A stretch of 64,000 nt of DNA from Actinomycetota bacterium (lineage in GTDB: Bacteria > Actinomycetota > Thermoleophilia > Solirubrobacterales > JACPNS01), in assembly GCA_016213645.1 (NCBI GenBank), contig JACQZY010000001.1, positions 15,050 through 79,049 on the forward strand, in the 5' to 3' direction. The position numbers and the translations under genes are program-made. The notes beneath the pieces are model-generated. The model was not told the DNA's origin. It did not search any database and saw nothing but the letters and a program-made list of their open reading frames with translations. This document shows positions 27,201-35,578 of this stretch, one piece after another (the stretch's first letter is position 1; every line of letters begins with the position of its first letter).

Positions 27201-27286
27201 CCTGCGGCCAATGCGGCGGGATGATGCAGCGGACCGGGTCTTGCTACACCTGCCCGTCTTGCGGCAACAACACTGGGTGTGGGTGA
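24278..27286 (+). CDS. nrdJ: adenosylcobalamin-dependent ribonucleotide reductase (class II)
   Basis: Typical class II sequence (NPCSEY active-site Cys region). C-terminal CGQCGG...CYTCPSCG Cys4 tail. ATG 24278 follows GGGAGGGG. Confidence 0.93.
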   Translation: MTMTDMTTALTTLAASGPGEGAANYRGHGRGLTLQRFFTRAGVRPFDTVEWELRDAVIGDPANPVFEQRDVEFPRTWSQNSTNIVAQKYFRGKLDGPERENSVKQMIGRVSGTIAGWGRELGYFASEGDAQIFEDELTYILLHQIAAFNSPVWFNVGFEEKPQCSACFILSVQDTMESILDWNTQEGMIFRGGSGSGINLSNIRGSHEHLSKGGYASGPVSFMRGADSWAGTIKSGGKTRRAAKMVVLDVDHPDIEDFIWCKAKEEDKARALRDAGFDMSIDGDGFTSIQYQNANNSVRVSDAFMEAVERGSEWWTTARKDGSPVKEYDARDLMRQISDAAWRCADPGVQYDTVINRWHTCPNSGRINASNPCSEYMHVDDSACNLSSLNLMKFRREDGTFDVRQFEHAVDVMLLAQEIVVTPSSYPTEKIGANARAFRQLGLGYANLGALLMSNGLPYDSDRGRADAAAITALMTGRAYRQSAMIAEAIGTYERYGENAEPHMNVMRMHRDASYEIPEDLVEDAPLLEAAQRAWDEAVEAGAAYGYRNAQSTVLAPTGTISFLMDCDTTGIEPDFSLIKYKELVGGGRMTIVNRTVPLALKTLGYDPAVIEQIEAHINENGTIVDAPGLDTAHLPVFDVAVGDRAISHMGHIKMMAAAQPFLSGAISKTVNMPNSATVEDIAEAYIEGWRLSLKALAIYRDGSKTAQALRTDAQESADLEGKVVLSQDEFDKALETARAEGATEAGKKPHRRRMPVERESLTHKFSIQGHEGYITAGKYEDGTVGEIFLTDIGKEGSTLRGMMNAFATAISVGLQYGVPLETLVDKFSYMRFEPEGMTKNKEIPFAKSMPDYIMRWLASRFCDAELQEELGIMTDAVRAKKLGEEADVAQRQDTAGPANSPAISPANGSGNGSASGETTTSPGAKTEATTAPADKAPEVTATGGSGQSAAAGSALTDTPPAVPAKMKGLDLGPACGQCGGMMQRTGSCYTCPSCGNNTGCG

Positions 27287-27328
27287 TGGTCGGCCCGTTT
27301 CAGGACTGAATCACAAAACCAGATGAAG

Positions 27329-27364
27329 AAAAGGCCCGGACTCGCTTCGGGCCTTTTCTTGTTT
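27329..27364 (+). terminator. intrinsic terminator after nrdJ
   Basis: Stem GGCCCG / CGGGCC with a 9-nt loop, followed by TTTTCTTGTTT. Confidence 0.75.
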
Positions 27365-27555
27365 GAGTTCTGTTGTCGGTGACCGGGCTCGACTAGCACC
27401 GATCGACGGCGGGGGTACACGCGCCGGCCAGACGGCGGACCATCCTCGGGCGCAACCCGAAGACTGCCGTTGCTCCAATGAACTGTCGTTCGATCTTTCC
27501 GTTTCGGCGAACGCGGATCGTCAATCCCGTCCCGTCTCCCCAATAGCTTTGGGCG

Positions 27556-29112
27556 ATGACGGCGCAAATGCCTCACCCTGCCGGAACAGACGCCACCGGC
27601 CAAGGCGAAGAGGCGCGCGGGGCGCTGGCGATCTCGCTTGGGCAGAGCGCTCTGATGGCTGCCGGTGGGGTGTTGGCGCTGCTGATCACGCAGTTCTTCG
27701 GGATCGGTGCGGGTACCGACGCATTCTTTACCGCCTACGGGTTCTATGTGATCGCGGTGGCCTTCGCGCAGACGCTGCGGTTGACGGCGTTGCCGCGCCT
27801 GGCCACAGACGTCGCGCGTGACCAGGAGGGAAGGCTGCTGGCCGCCGTGTTGGGCATGTCCGCGACGGCGGCGTTGCCGATGCTGGTGATGCCCGGGCCA
27901 CTCGGCGACTTGATCGCCAACGGCGATCCGACCGGAGTGGCCGCGCAGACGCTTCGTCTGCTCTGGCCGGCGTTGACGTTTCAGCTTGTCGCGGGCGTGC
28001 TTACGCCGATGTTGACGTTGCGTGGCATCTACTCCCCGATCGGCCTGGCCTATGGGCTGGCCGGCGGACTAAGTGTTGCCGCGTTTGTCCTCTTCCAGCC
28101 GGAGCTGGGAATCAAATCCGTCTCGCTGGCCCTTGCTCTAAGTGGTGCGCTGCTTGCCACATCGCTCATCGCGACGTTGTGGCGGGCCGGCTGGCGGGTG
28201 CCGGGCAAGGCGTTTATCGACGTCATGTCGATCGCACGCGACACCCTGGCGCTAACTGCCGCGTCGGCGAGTTTCATCGTCTTCAACCTCGGCTACGTGA
28301 TTTCTCTGGCCGTCGCCAATCACGAATCGAAGGGCTCGGCGACCGTCTATGCGTACGCGTTCTTCGCCGCCTCTTTTTTCGTCGCCGCCACCGCCGTGCC
28401 CAGCGCACTCGTGCGAGCGCCGCGCATACTCGGGTCCAGAGCCGACCGTGGACTCGCGAAAAGCGATGTGCTGTCGGACTTCCGGCTCGCGCTCGTGCCG
28501 CTTGCGTTGTTGACCGGCGTCGCCATCGGCCTGGCCGGGCCGCTTGCGGATCTGCTCGCCGGAGGATTTTTCGGCGCCGCCGACACGCGTCAGCTCTCCG
28601 TGCTTTTGGTCGCGCTGATCCCCTGGACGATGGCCGGAGGCATCGGCGTGATGGTGGTGCTTGAATTGCTCAACCGCGGCCGCGCCCTGAGACTCGGCTG
28701 GATCGCATTGGCGCACACCGTGGTCTTGGTGCCGCTGTCGATCGCCGGCGGCAAGGTTGCCTCGATCGCGGGGATCGCGCTCTGTCAGTCGCTGGCGATG
28801 GGCGTGGCAACCGCGGTGCAGATCCGCCTGGCGTTCAGCGGCGACGCGCGCTCGCTGACGACGGCGCTGGCGCGCGAGGCCGCCGTGGCAATCGCGATCA
28901 GCGCGGTGGCCTTCGCGCCGGGATGGGCGGCCGGCCGGGAGATCGGATCGGTGACCGGAATCGCCGTGACGCTGGCTGGAGTTCCGATATGCGTGCTCGC
29001 GCTGCGTCGCCGATATGGCCGCGAATGGCACACGCTCACGCGGGCGTTCGGCCGTCGCCGATCGGACGGTGCCACGTCAGACGACGCTCCTTCCGATGCC
29101 GACCCGGTCTGA
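27556..29112 (+). CDS. MurJ/MviN-like (MOP superfamily) lipid-linked oligosaccharide flippase
   Basis: About 14 TM segments. N-terminal GTDAFFTAYGFY matches the MurJ hallmark DAFF.A. Paralog of 38528-40159. Confidence 0.65.
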   Translation: MTAQMPHPAGTDATGQGEEARGALAISLGQSALMAAGGVLALLITQFFGIGAGTDAFFTAYGFYVIAVAFAQTLRLTALPRLATDVARDQEGRLLAAVLGMSATAALPMLVMPGPLGDLIANGDPTGVAAQTLRLLWPALTFQLVAGVLTPMLTLRGIYSPIGLAYGLAGGLSVAAFVLFQPELGIKSVSLALALSGALLATSLIATLWRAGWRVPGKAFIDVMSIARDTLALTAASASFIVFNLGYVISLAVANHESKGSATVYAYAFFAASFFVAATAVPSALVRAPRILGSRADRGLAKSDVLSDFRLALVPLALLTGVAIGLAGPLADLLAGGFFGAADTRQLSVLLVALIPWTMAGGIGVMVVLELLNRGRALRLGWIALAHTVVLVPLSIAGGKVASIAGIALCQSLAMGVATAVQIRLAFSGDARSLTTALAREAAVAIAISAVAFAPGWAAGREIGSVTGIAVTLAGVPICVLALRRRYGREWHTLTRAFGRRRSDGATSDDAPSDADPV

Positions 29113-29140
29113 TTCCCGCGGATGTAGCGGCGAACTACAC

Positions 29141-30052
29141 CTACGCGGCGGCGGCCGCCAGCCGCTCGGCCGCGAGTTTGCCCTTCGCACAGGCGAGGTC
29201 GGTGTGGGTGCTGCCGGAATCCGCCACCAGGCGAGTAACAAGTTCCTCGACCTCCACCGGCACGGTCGTGCCCGAGGATTCATCGATCTCGAACAACACA
29301 AAGCCAGCATCCCTCAGTTCGTCCACGTAGGCCCGCAACCGCACAACATCAAGATGTTCGGAGCTGAGTTCGGTCAGAAGCAATAGATCTTCGTTGGCGG
29401 CGATCAGGCCGCGCGCGCCCGCCAAAGCGAGCGGCTCGGCGCCTTGGATGTCCATCTTGATCACGTCCACGTCGGGGAAGTCGCCGCCGAAATACGAATC
29501 CAGCGTGACGGCTTCCACGGTCACGAGTTCGCCGTCAGACTCGCCGTCGCCGGCAAGCCTGTTGTCGCCGGTGTTTTCTCGCGAGATCACAAGCGACTCG
29601 GCGCCGGCATGGTCGGACACCGCGCTTTTCACCATCGTGACGTTTTTGTAGCCGTTACCGGCGACGTTGCGTTCGAGCAGGGCGAAATTGTCCGGCGCCG
29701 GCTCGAAGGCCACCACACGACCGGCAGGGCCGACGGCTCGCGCCGCCTGCAACGTGTAGTAACCGATGTGTCCGCCAACGTCGATCACGGTCGCGGCGAC
29801 GCGTATGTAGCGGCGAAATATCCGGGATTCGACGGGTTCATACTCGCCGTTGACCGAAAGCAGCAGGCTGTCGGTGGAGTCGAGTTCCAGCGTGTGACCG
29901 TCGATCTGCACGATCTTCGGCTTTAGGCGACCGATCAGCCAGGTGTAGAACCTACGCGATCCGGGGATCAGCCAGACGGCGCGGGCGAGGCGCGTGCCAA
30001 GCATCACCCGCATGACTCGCGAAAACGCTCTGAAGGTTGCGCGTCGAAGCAT
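29141..30052 (-). CDS. FkbM-family SAM-dependent methyltransferase
   Basis: VIDVGGHIGYYTL, VVAFEPAPDNFALLERNV, VDVIKMDIQGAEPLAL. Confidence 0.8.
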   Translation of the reverse strand: MLRRATFRAFSRVMRVMLGTRLARAVWLIPGSRRFYTWLIGRLKPKIVQIDGHTLELDSTDSLLLSVNGEYEPVESRIFRRYIRVAATVIDVGGHIGYYTLQAARAVGPAGRVVAFEPAPDNFALLERNVAGNGYKNVTMVKSAVSDHAGAESLVISRENTGDNRLAGDGESDGELVTVEAVTLDSYFGGDFPDVDVIKMDIQGAEPLALAGARGLIAANEDLLLLTELSSEHLDVVRLRAYVDELRDAGFVLFEIDESSGTTVPVEVEELVTRLVADSGSTHTDLACAKGKLAAERLAAAAA

Positions 30053-30137
30053 CGGCGTGAGCTTAGGACTGATCCCGGGGCGCGCGCTCTCCAGGCGAAC
30101 AGTTCTTTGAAACGGGCGGAGTATCTAGGATCAACAG

Positions 30138-31301
30138 ATGCGCCGCATCGCCTTCAACGTCATGTACCTCGTGCCCGGTCAGGTGGGCGGCAGCGAGACC
30201 TACGCGCGCGAGTTGATCAAGGCGCTGACGGAAGCTCATCCGGAGACGCACTTCTATCTCTACTGCGGGCGTGAAGCGCGCAAAGCGATGCGCGAGCTCG
30301 CCTCGGCTGAACGCCTGACCGTTCGCGCACTGCCGGTGCTCAGTTCGATCAAGCTTCTGCGGATTCTGGCCGAGCTGGTACTGCTGCCACTGTGGGCGCT
30401 GCGCGACCGGCCGCAGGTTCTGCACAGTCTCGGCAACACGGCTCCGCCGCTGGCGCCCGGACGAAGCGTCGTAACGGTGCTGGATCTGATCTTCCACCGG
30501 TTTCCGGGCACATTTCCGCCGCTTGCCCGCCGAGGACTTGAACTGCTCGTTCCGCTGGCCGTCAGGCGCGCGCGGCGCGTGATCGCCATCTCCGAGCACA
30601 CCAAGCGGGACCTGGTTTCCGAATACGGTGCCGATCCCCGGAAAATCGACGTCGTTTATCTAGGCAGCGGCATCGAGACCGGCACGAACTCCGGGGACGA
30701 CGAGACCGCGCGAACCAATACCGACGTGCGTTCAAAGCTGATGCTGGGCGAGCGACCGATCGTGCTTACGGTGGCCTCCGGGATCGTGCATAAAAACGTC
30801 GCCCGTTTACTTGAGGCGTTCGCGGAGTTGGTGCGCGACGGCCGTGCCGGTGAAGCGATGCTTGTCGTGGTGGGACATGCCGGACTCGAAACCGGCGCGC
30901 TGGCAAGCAAAGTCGCGGAGCTGGATCTCGCCGACCGGGTGGTCATGACCGGCTGGGTCGGCGGCCAGGACCTGCTCGCGCTTTACGTCGTCGCGGAATG
31001 CTTTGTCTACCCATCGCTTTATGAAGGCTTCGGCATTCCGGTGCTGGAGGCGATGCGGCGGGGTGCGCCGGTGGCGTGTTCGAACACCACGTCGTTGCCG
31101 GAAGTCGCGGGGGAGGCGGCCCTGATGTTCGACCCGACCGACACGTCCGCGATCGCGCACGCGATCGAGCGGATGCTCGGTGATTCCGCGCTGCGTCAGC
31201 GCCTCATCTCGGCCGGCCGAGAGCGCGCCGCGCTCTTCACCTGGGTCGCGGCGGCCGAAAACACCTGGGACAGCTACCTGGCCGCCGTCAAAGACGACTG
31301 A
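30138..31301 (+). CDS. glycosyltransferase family 4 (GT-B)
   Basis: EGFGIPVLEAMRRGAPVACSNTTSLPEV (E-x7-E region). Confidence 0.85.
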   Translation: MRRIAFNVMYLVPGQVGGSETYARELIKALTEAHPETHFYLYCGREARKAMRELASAERLTVRALPVLSSIKLLRILAELVLLPLWALRDRPQVLHSLGNTAPPLAPGRSVVTVLDLIFHRFPGTFPPLARRGLELLVPLAVRRARRVIAISEHTKRDLVSEYGADPRKIDVVYLGSGIETGTNSGDDETARTNTDVRSKLMLGERPIVLTVASGIVHKNVARLLEAFAELVRDGRAGEAMLVVVGHAGLETGALASKVAELDLADRVVMTGWVGGQDLLALYVVAECFVYPSLYEGFGIPVLEAMRRGAPVACSNTTSLPEVAGEAALMFDPTDTSAIAHAIERMLGDSALRQRLISAGRERAALFTWVAAAENTWDSYLAAVKDD

Positions 31302-31341
31302 TCAACTGCCCAAAGGTCCATTTGCCACGGCACGGGCTGCG

Positions 31342-32280
31342 TCACCGCTGCCGTTGCGCATGCTCGAAATACCCACTGACGTTGACCTTGCCTGCGTGCC
31401 TGCATCCGCGCGGCCCGTTCAGTAACCGGCGCTCACCCGGAGGATTGAGCACGAGCAGTTCCGGCACGGTGACCATGGTCAACCTGCTTCGGCGGATCGC
31501 GGGCAGTATTCGTCTGCGCAGCGCGGTGAACGTGGCGGCCGGCCCGTCATGCATCAGAATCACCGACCCCGGACCCAAGCCGTCGACAACGTTGCGGGAG
31601 ACCACCTTCCACGGCTGACCAAGCGCGTCTTGGGAATCCGCGCTCCAGAGGATCTGTGCGTATCCCAGCTTGCGCACGACACGATCGGTGGCGGCGTTGT
31701 GTTCGCCGTACGGCGGCCGCATCATGTCGTACGAGCGGATGTGACGCCCCAGAGCGGCCGCGTACATCCGATCGGCACTGCGCAGTTCTCTCGTGATTGC
31801 CGGCGGAGTCAACAAATTGATCTGTGGATGGCTCCATGTGTGATTGCCGATCGCGCCGCCACGCCCGAGCGCGCGCAACGCCGAGGGCTGCGCCTGCGCC
31901 CGTTTGCCGATCGCGAAGAACGTCGCCGGAACGCCCGCGCGGCGAAGCATCCGCAGCAGCCGGCCCGTCGTCGGCGTCGGCCCGTCGTCAAACGTGAGCG
32001 CGGCATAGCGGCGCCTGCCACCGCAGTACAGCGGCACGCCCAGTCGGGCGAGATCGCGCAGCTCGCGGACTTCAGCCGTACGAGTGAGATACAGCGCGTT
32101 CGAATTTGCGAGTTCACGGCCGATCTTCAGCGGCAACGCCGAAACCTGCAACACGCCGCCCACGCGATTCTCCGACGCACCCGAACGGTGAGCTGCGGAG
32201 GCTGCCGAAACCAGCACCAGTAGCCCGGCCACAGCGGCGGCGGCGCGCAGCGGAGCGTTCTGCAGACGCTCGCCCCGCAC
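31342..32280 (-). CDS. secreted polysaccharide deacetylase (NodB homology)
   Basis: Signal peptide, then LTFDDGP and NHTWSHP motifs. Confidence 0.85.
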   Translation of the reverse strand: MRGERLQNAPLRAAAAVAGLLVLVSAASAAHRSGASENRVGGVLQVSALPLKIGRELANSNALYLTRTAEVRELRDLARLGVPLYCGGRRRYAALTFDDGPTPTTGRLLRMLRRAGVPATFFAIGKRAQAQPSALRALGRGGAIGNHTWSHPQINLLTPPAITRELRSADRMYAAALGRHIRSYDMMRPPYGEHNAATDRVVRKLGYAQILWSADSQDALGQPWKVVSRNVVDGLGPGSVILMHDGPAATFTALRRRILPAIRRSRLTMVTVPELLVLNPPGERRLLNGPRGCRHAGKVNVSGYFEHAQRQR

Positions 32281-32628
32281 TAAGACATCTGTCCATCTTG
32301 CTTGCGAACTACCGACATTCGCCCTACGGTGAACGTGACGCTGAAAGATGCGACGTTCAACGGTTGGCGAGCCGATCGTGGAGCAAGCTTCGATTCATCG
32401 TCTCCAGACCCTAATCGGATGAATCGCGAACTTCCGGAACCCGTTCTCTGAGCTGCTCGGGAGCCGGAACGCCATCCCCGACTGCGGAGGCCGAGGATGG
32501 CGGGAAGAGCCGGCAATCGCCGGCTCTTTCTCTTGCGCGCACGGTCGCTTGCAACACGTTCGGCTGACCCCATTCAAACCAACCGCACTCGTCTCACCCG
32601 CAAAGCCAGTCACACCGCCCCGCACAAG

Positions 32629-32849
32629 CACCCCCCCGCAGCTTTCTCCCCGCAGGAACCTCCCCCGCAGGCACCTCCCGCGCAGGCACCGGTGATCTGC
32701 GCAGCTTTCCGCTTTCTCGTCGGCACTGCCTGCGCAGGCATCGTTGCGCAGGCACCGGTGATCTGCGCAGCTTTCCGCTTTCTCGTCGGCACTGCCTGCG
32801 CAGACATCGTTGCGCAGGCACCGTGCGCAGGCACCGGTGATCTGCGCAG
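32629..32849. repeat. intergenic tandem repeats: CCCCGCAG 14-15-bp units, then 2.6 copies of a 66-bp unit rich in CTGCGCAG palindromes
   Basis: 66-bp copies at 32680-32745 and 32746-32811 differ at one base. A partial third copy at 32812-32849 carries a 13-bp internal duplication. Confidence 0.9.
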
Positions 32850-32880
32850 GGAATTGGGCTGCCGTGGGGGGGCGGGGTCT

Positions 32881-33348
32881 TTAGTGGATTGGCGACGTGC
32901 GATCGTCGCCGTCGCGAAGGCGGCCGTCGCGGCCCACGTATCCGCCGTGCGCGCCGAAGCACACGTAGACCGCGTCTTCGTCGCCGACGTTCTCGAAGCT
33001 GCGCGGTGTGGCGGCGTCCACGCGAAGCACTCCGCCAGGACCCAACGTGACGCTGTGCTCGTCGTTTTGGCCGAGCGTGAATCGCATCAGGCCCCGATGT
33101 ACGAAGTAAACCTCTTCCTGGCGGTCGTGGAAGTGGGTACCACTGGCGATCCCGGGTGGGATCACGATCGCATTTACGCCCATCTCCTTGACGTCCAGGA
33201 ATTTGCGAATCTTGCGAAAGCCGGGACCCTCGCCCATGCCGTCGATGCTGCCGGCGGCAAAGCCTTCGCCGGACAAGACTTCGATCTGCTGGCTGCCGTT
33301 GCCGTCGCTCACGTTGCGCTCCGATCTTCGAGAAGTAGCCGGCTTCAT
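32881..33348 (-). CDS. cupin_2 domain protein
   Basis: GTHFHDRQEEVYFVHRG has the same H.H..QEEVY signature as the bicupin at 13864-14691. Start taken at ATG 33348. Confidence 0.65.
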   Translation of the reverse strand: MKPATSRRSERNVSDGNGSQQIEVLSGEGFAAGSIDGMGEGPGFRKIRKFLDVKEMGVNAIVIPPGIASGTHFHDRQEEVYFVHRGLMRFTLGQNDEHSVTLGPGGVLRVDAATPRSFENVGDEDAVYVCFGAHGGYVGRDGRLRDGDDRTSPIH

Positions 33349-33548
33349 GGCCGGTTCATGGGACGCGACAGAGCCTACCGGAAAATCCGCACGAACGATC
33401 GTGCGGCTTAGCGTTGGAGACGAATCTCGCAAGTCAGGCCATGCCTGGGGCAAGGCACGGCGACCACGGGGACCACCGGATCCGGGCCGACCTCTTGCTA
33501 GCTTGGCGAAATGGTTGACCGCAGCGGCGCCGACGCCGTCTACCGCCA

Positions 33549-34562
33549 ATGACAATCGAATCGCTCACGGTGGCGATCCCCGTGCTCAACGGGGGCCAGA
33601 TGCTGGCGGACACGCTTGATTCGCTCGGCGGTCAGCAAAACCGCGCGGGCATATCGCTGGAGCTACTTGTCGTGGACTCTGGTTCTGATGACGGCTCGGC
33701 GGAACTCGCCGAAGCGCACGGTGCTCGCGTGATCCGGATTGACAAGTCCGAGTTCTCACACGGCGGCACACGCAACATGGCGGTCGCCGAGGCCAAAGGC
33801 GACGCTGTGGCGGTGCTGACACAGGACGCCACTCCCGCCCACGACGGCTGGCTCGATGCGATCGTCGAGGGCTTCGCGCTTGCGGACGACGTTGCGCTGG
33901 TCTTCGGACCGCATCTGCCACGGCCCGAGCACAGCCACTTCGTCAGGCGCGAAATGGCCGATCACTTCAAGACTTGGGAGCGCGACGGCGAACCGCTGTT
34001 GCAACGTGTCGAGGCCGGACCGGCCGGTTTGGAGAAATACCGCCTTCGCGCCGGGGAGTACCGGTTCTTCTCCGACGTCAACGGTGCGGTCGCGCGTTGG
34101 GCCTGGGAGCGTGTGCCATATCGCGAGGTTCCGTACGCGGAGGACCAATTGCTCGGCCGTGAAATGATCGAAGCGGGTTTTGCGAAGGTCTATCACCCGC
34201 GCATGGCGGTCGTCCACTCGCACGACTACCCGCCGCTTAAGTTCATGAAGCGATATTTCGATGAGTACCGCGGGCTTCGCGAAGTGCTCGATTACACACC
34301 GCCCTTCGGCATCCGTTCGTCGCTGCGGACGATCATCGGTCTGACGCGGTCCGACCGCCGCTTCTTGCGCGGCGAGGGCATCACCGGCACCGGACTGATT
34401 GCGCCGACGGTGCGCTCTGCGCGGCACCATGCGCTTCGTCTCGTCGGCGAGGGACTCGGTGGGCGGGCGGACCGGCTGCCGGCTCGTTTGACCAAGACGA
34501 TGTCACTTGAAGGCCGCGCCGGTTTCGCTCCGGCGAAACTGCCGGACCGTCTGCTGAACTGA
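33549..34562 (+). CDS. glycosyltransferase family 2 (rhamnosyltransferase-like, COG1216 type)
   Basis: LTVAIPVLNGG...LLVVDSGSDDGS...LTQDATP. Paralog of the N-terminal half of 35579-37675. Confidence 0.8.
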   Translation: MTIESLTVAIPVLNGGQMLADTLDSLGGQQNRAGISLELLVVDSGSDDGSAELAEAHGARVIRIDKSEFSHGGTRNMAVAEAKGDAVAVLTQDATPAHDGWLDAIVEGFALADDVALVFGPHLPRPEHSHFVRREMADHFKTWERDGEPLLQRVEAGPAGLEKYRLRAGEYRFFSDVNGAVARWAWERVPYREVPYAEDQLLGREMIEAGFAKVYHPRMAVVHSHDYPPLKFMKRYFDEYRGLREVLDYTPPFGIRSSLRTIIGLTRSDRRFLRGEGITGTGLIAPTVRSARHHALRLVGEGLGGRADRLPARLTKTMSLEGRAGFAPAKLPDRLLN

Positions 34563-34626
34563 CAGATCCAGCCCGACGGTGACGGTGAAGCCTCCAGCCG
34601 GCAAGGCCCGCTGGTAGGGTCTTTTC

Positions 34627-35571
34627 GTGGCCGGACCCTCAACGAACGCCAGTGAATTGAACGCCGACGCAGCAGATTTCGACGCAGCAGATTTCGACGA
34701 AGCGGATTTCGGGACAACGGATTCGGCGGCAGCGGCGCCTCGTGCCGTCGCCGACAAAACCGGCATCTTCGCCGACCAGCAGATCATCGCCGCCGAGCGC
34801 GTCGCGTTCCTGTCGCTGGCGGCGGAGTTGGCGAAAGGCCGTCGCGTGCTTGTGGTGGACGACGGCGCGAGCTCCCTCAGCGGGATCGCCGCCCATCTGG
34901 ACTCCGTGTCCTCTGCCGAAATCGACGGACAGGCGGGCGGTGGATACGAAATGGCGGTCGCCGATCTATCCACCGAGGAGGCCGCCTCGGCTGCGTCCGC
35001 CGAAGCACTCGCCGAATCGCTCGACACGGCAGGCTTCGTACTCGTGCGAATACCGAACGCCCCGGGCTTCGCGCCATTTCGGGAACGCTTCGCCGGCACA
35101 TTCTCCAACTGCGTGGAGTTGCGGCAGGCCAATTGGGTGGCCTCGGCCGTGCTCACAGACAAGCTTTTTACCGCCGCCGATCCCGGCCGCGCGGCGGCCA
35201 CGACACTGCGCAAAGGCGCCGACGCGGTCGCAGGCGAAGAGCTCTACACGATCTTCGCCGCCACCAACGCCGACCTGCCAAAGCTGCGGCCGCACGTCGC
35301 ACTCACGCGCAGCCGTTCACTGCGCGATCTGCACGAGGAGCTTGATCGTGTTCGTGAGGCTGCGCAACTGTCATCGGTCGAAAGCGAGGCCCGCGCGGCC
35401 GCGCTGGAGGACACGATCCGCGAGCTTCAGGAGCAACTCGCCTGGTACGACGAATGGGAACTGAACCTCCGCGATGAGATCGAGAAGCGTGGCTGGGCGA
35501 TGACGCTACTGAAGACCTGGGCGCGGTTCGTGACATTGACGAAACGCGCGAAGAGCGTGCTGGGCCGCTGA
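34627..35571 (+). CDS. hypothetical protein: acidic repeat N-terminus, degenerate Rossmann/methyltransferase-like core, coiled-coil and amphipathic C-terminus
   Basis: GC3-rich open frame. DAADF-DAADF-DEADF is encoded by 3 x 15-bp repeats (34666-34710). RVLVVDDGAS. C-terminal heptad-like LEDTIRELQEQLAWYDEWELNLRDEIEK. Confidence 0.6.
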   Translation: MAGPSTNASELNADAADFDAADFDEADFGTTDSAAAAPRAVADKTGIFADQQIIAAERVAFLSLAAELAKGRRVLVVDDGASSLSGIAAHLDSVSSAEIDGQAGGGYEMAVADLSTEEAASAASAEALAESLDTAGFVLVRIPNAPGFAPFRERFAGTFSNCVELRQANWVASAVLTDKLFTAADPGRAAATTLRKGADAVAGEELYTIFAATNADLPKLRPHVALTRSRSLRDLHEELDRVREAAQLSSVESEARAAALEDTIRELQEQLAWYDEWELNLRDEIEKRGWAMTLLKTWARFVTLTKRAKSVLGR

Positions 35572-35578
35572 CTTCGCC

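Noticed and set aside
32680-32849. Possible CRISPR array (regularly spaced palindromic repeats)
   Set aside because: The whole 66-bp period is repeated near-identically, so there are no unique spacers between conserved repeats. There are no cas genes in the window. It is a tandem repeat, not a CRISPR.
32497-33411. 304-aa plus-strand ORF running through the repeat block and antisense to the cupin gene
   Set aside because: Its N-terminal half is the repeat translation and its C-terminal half is antisense to a good cupin_2 gene.
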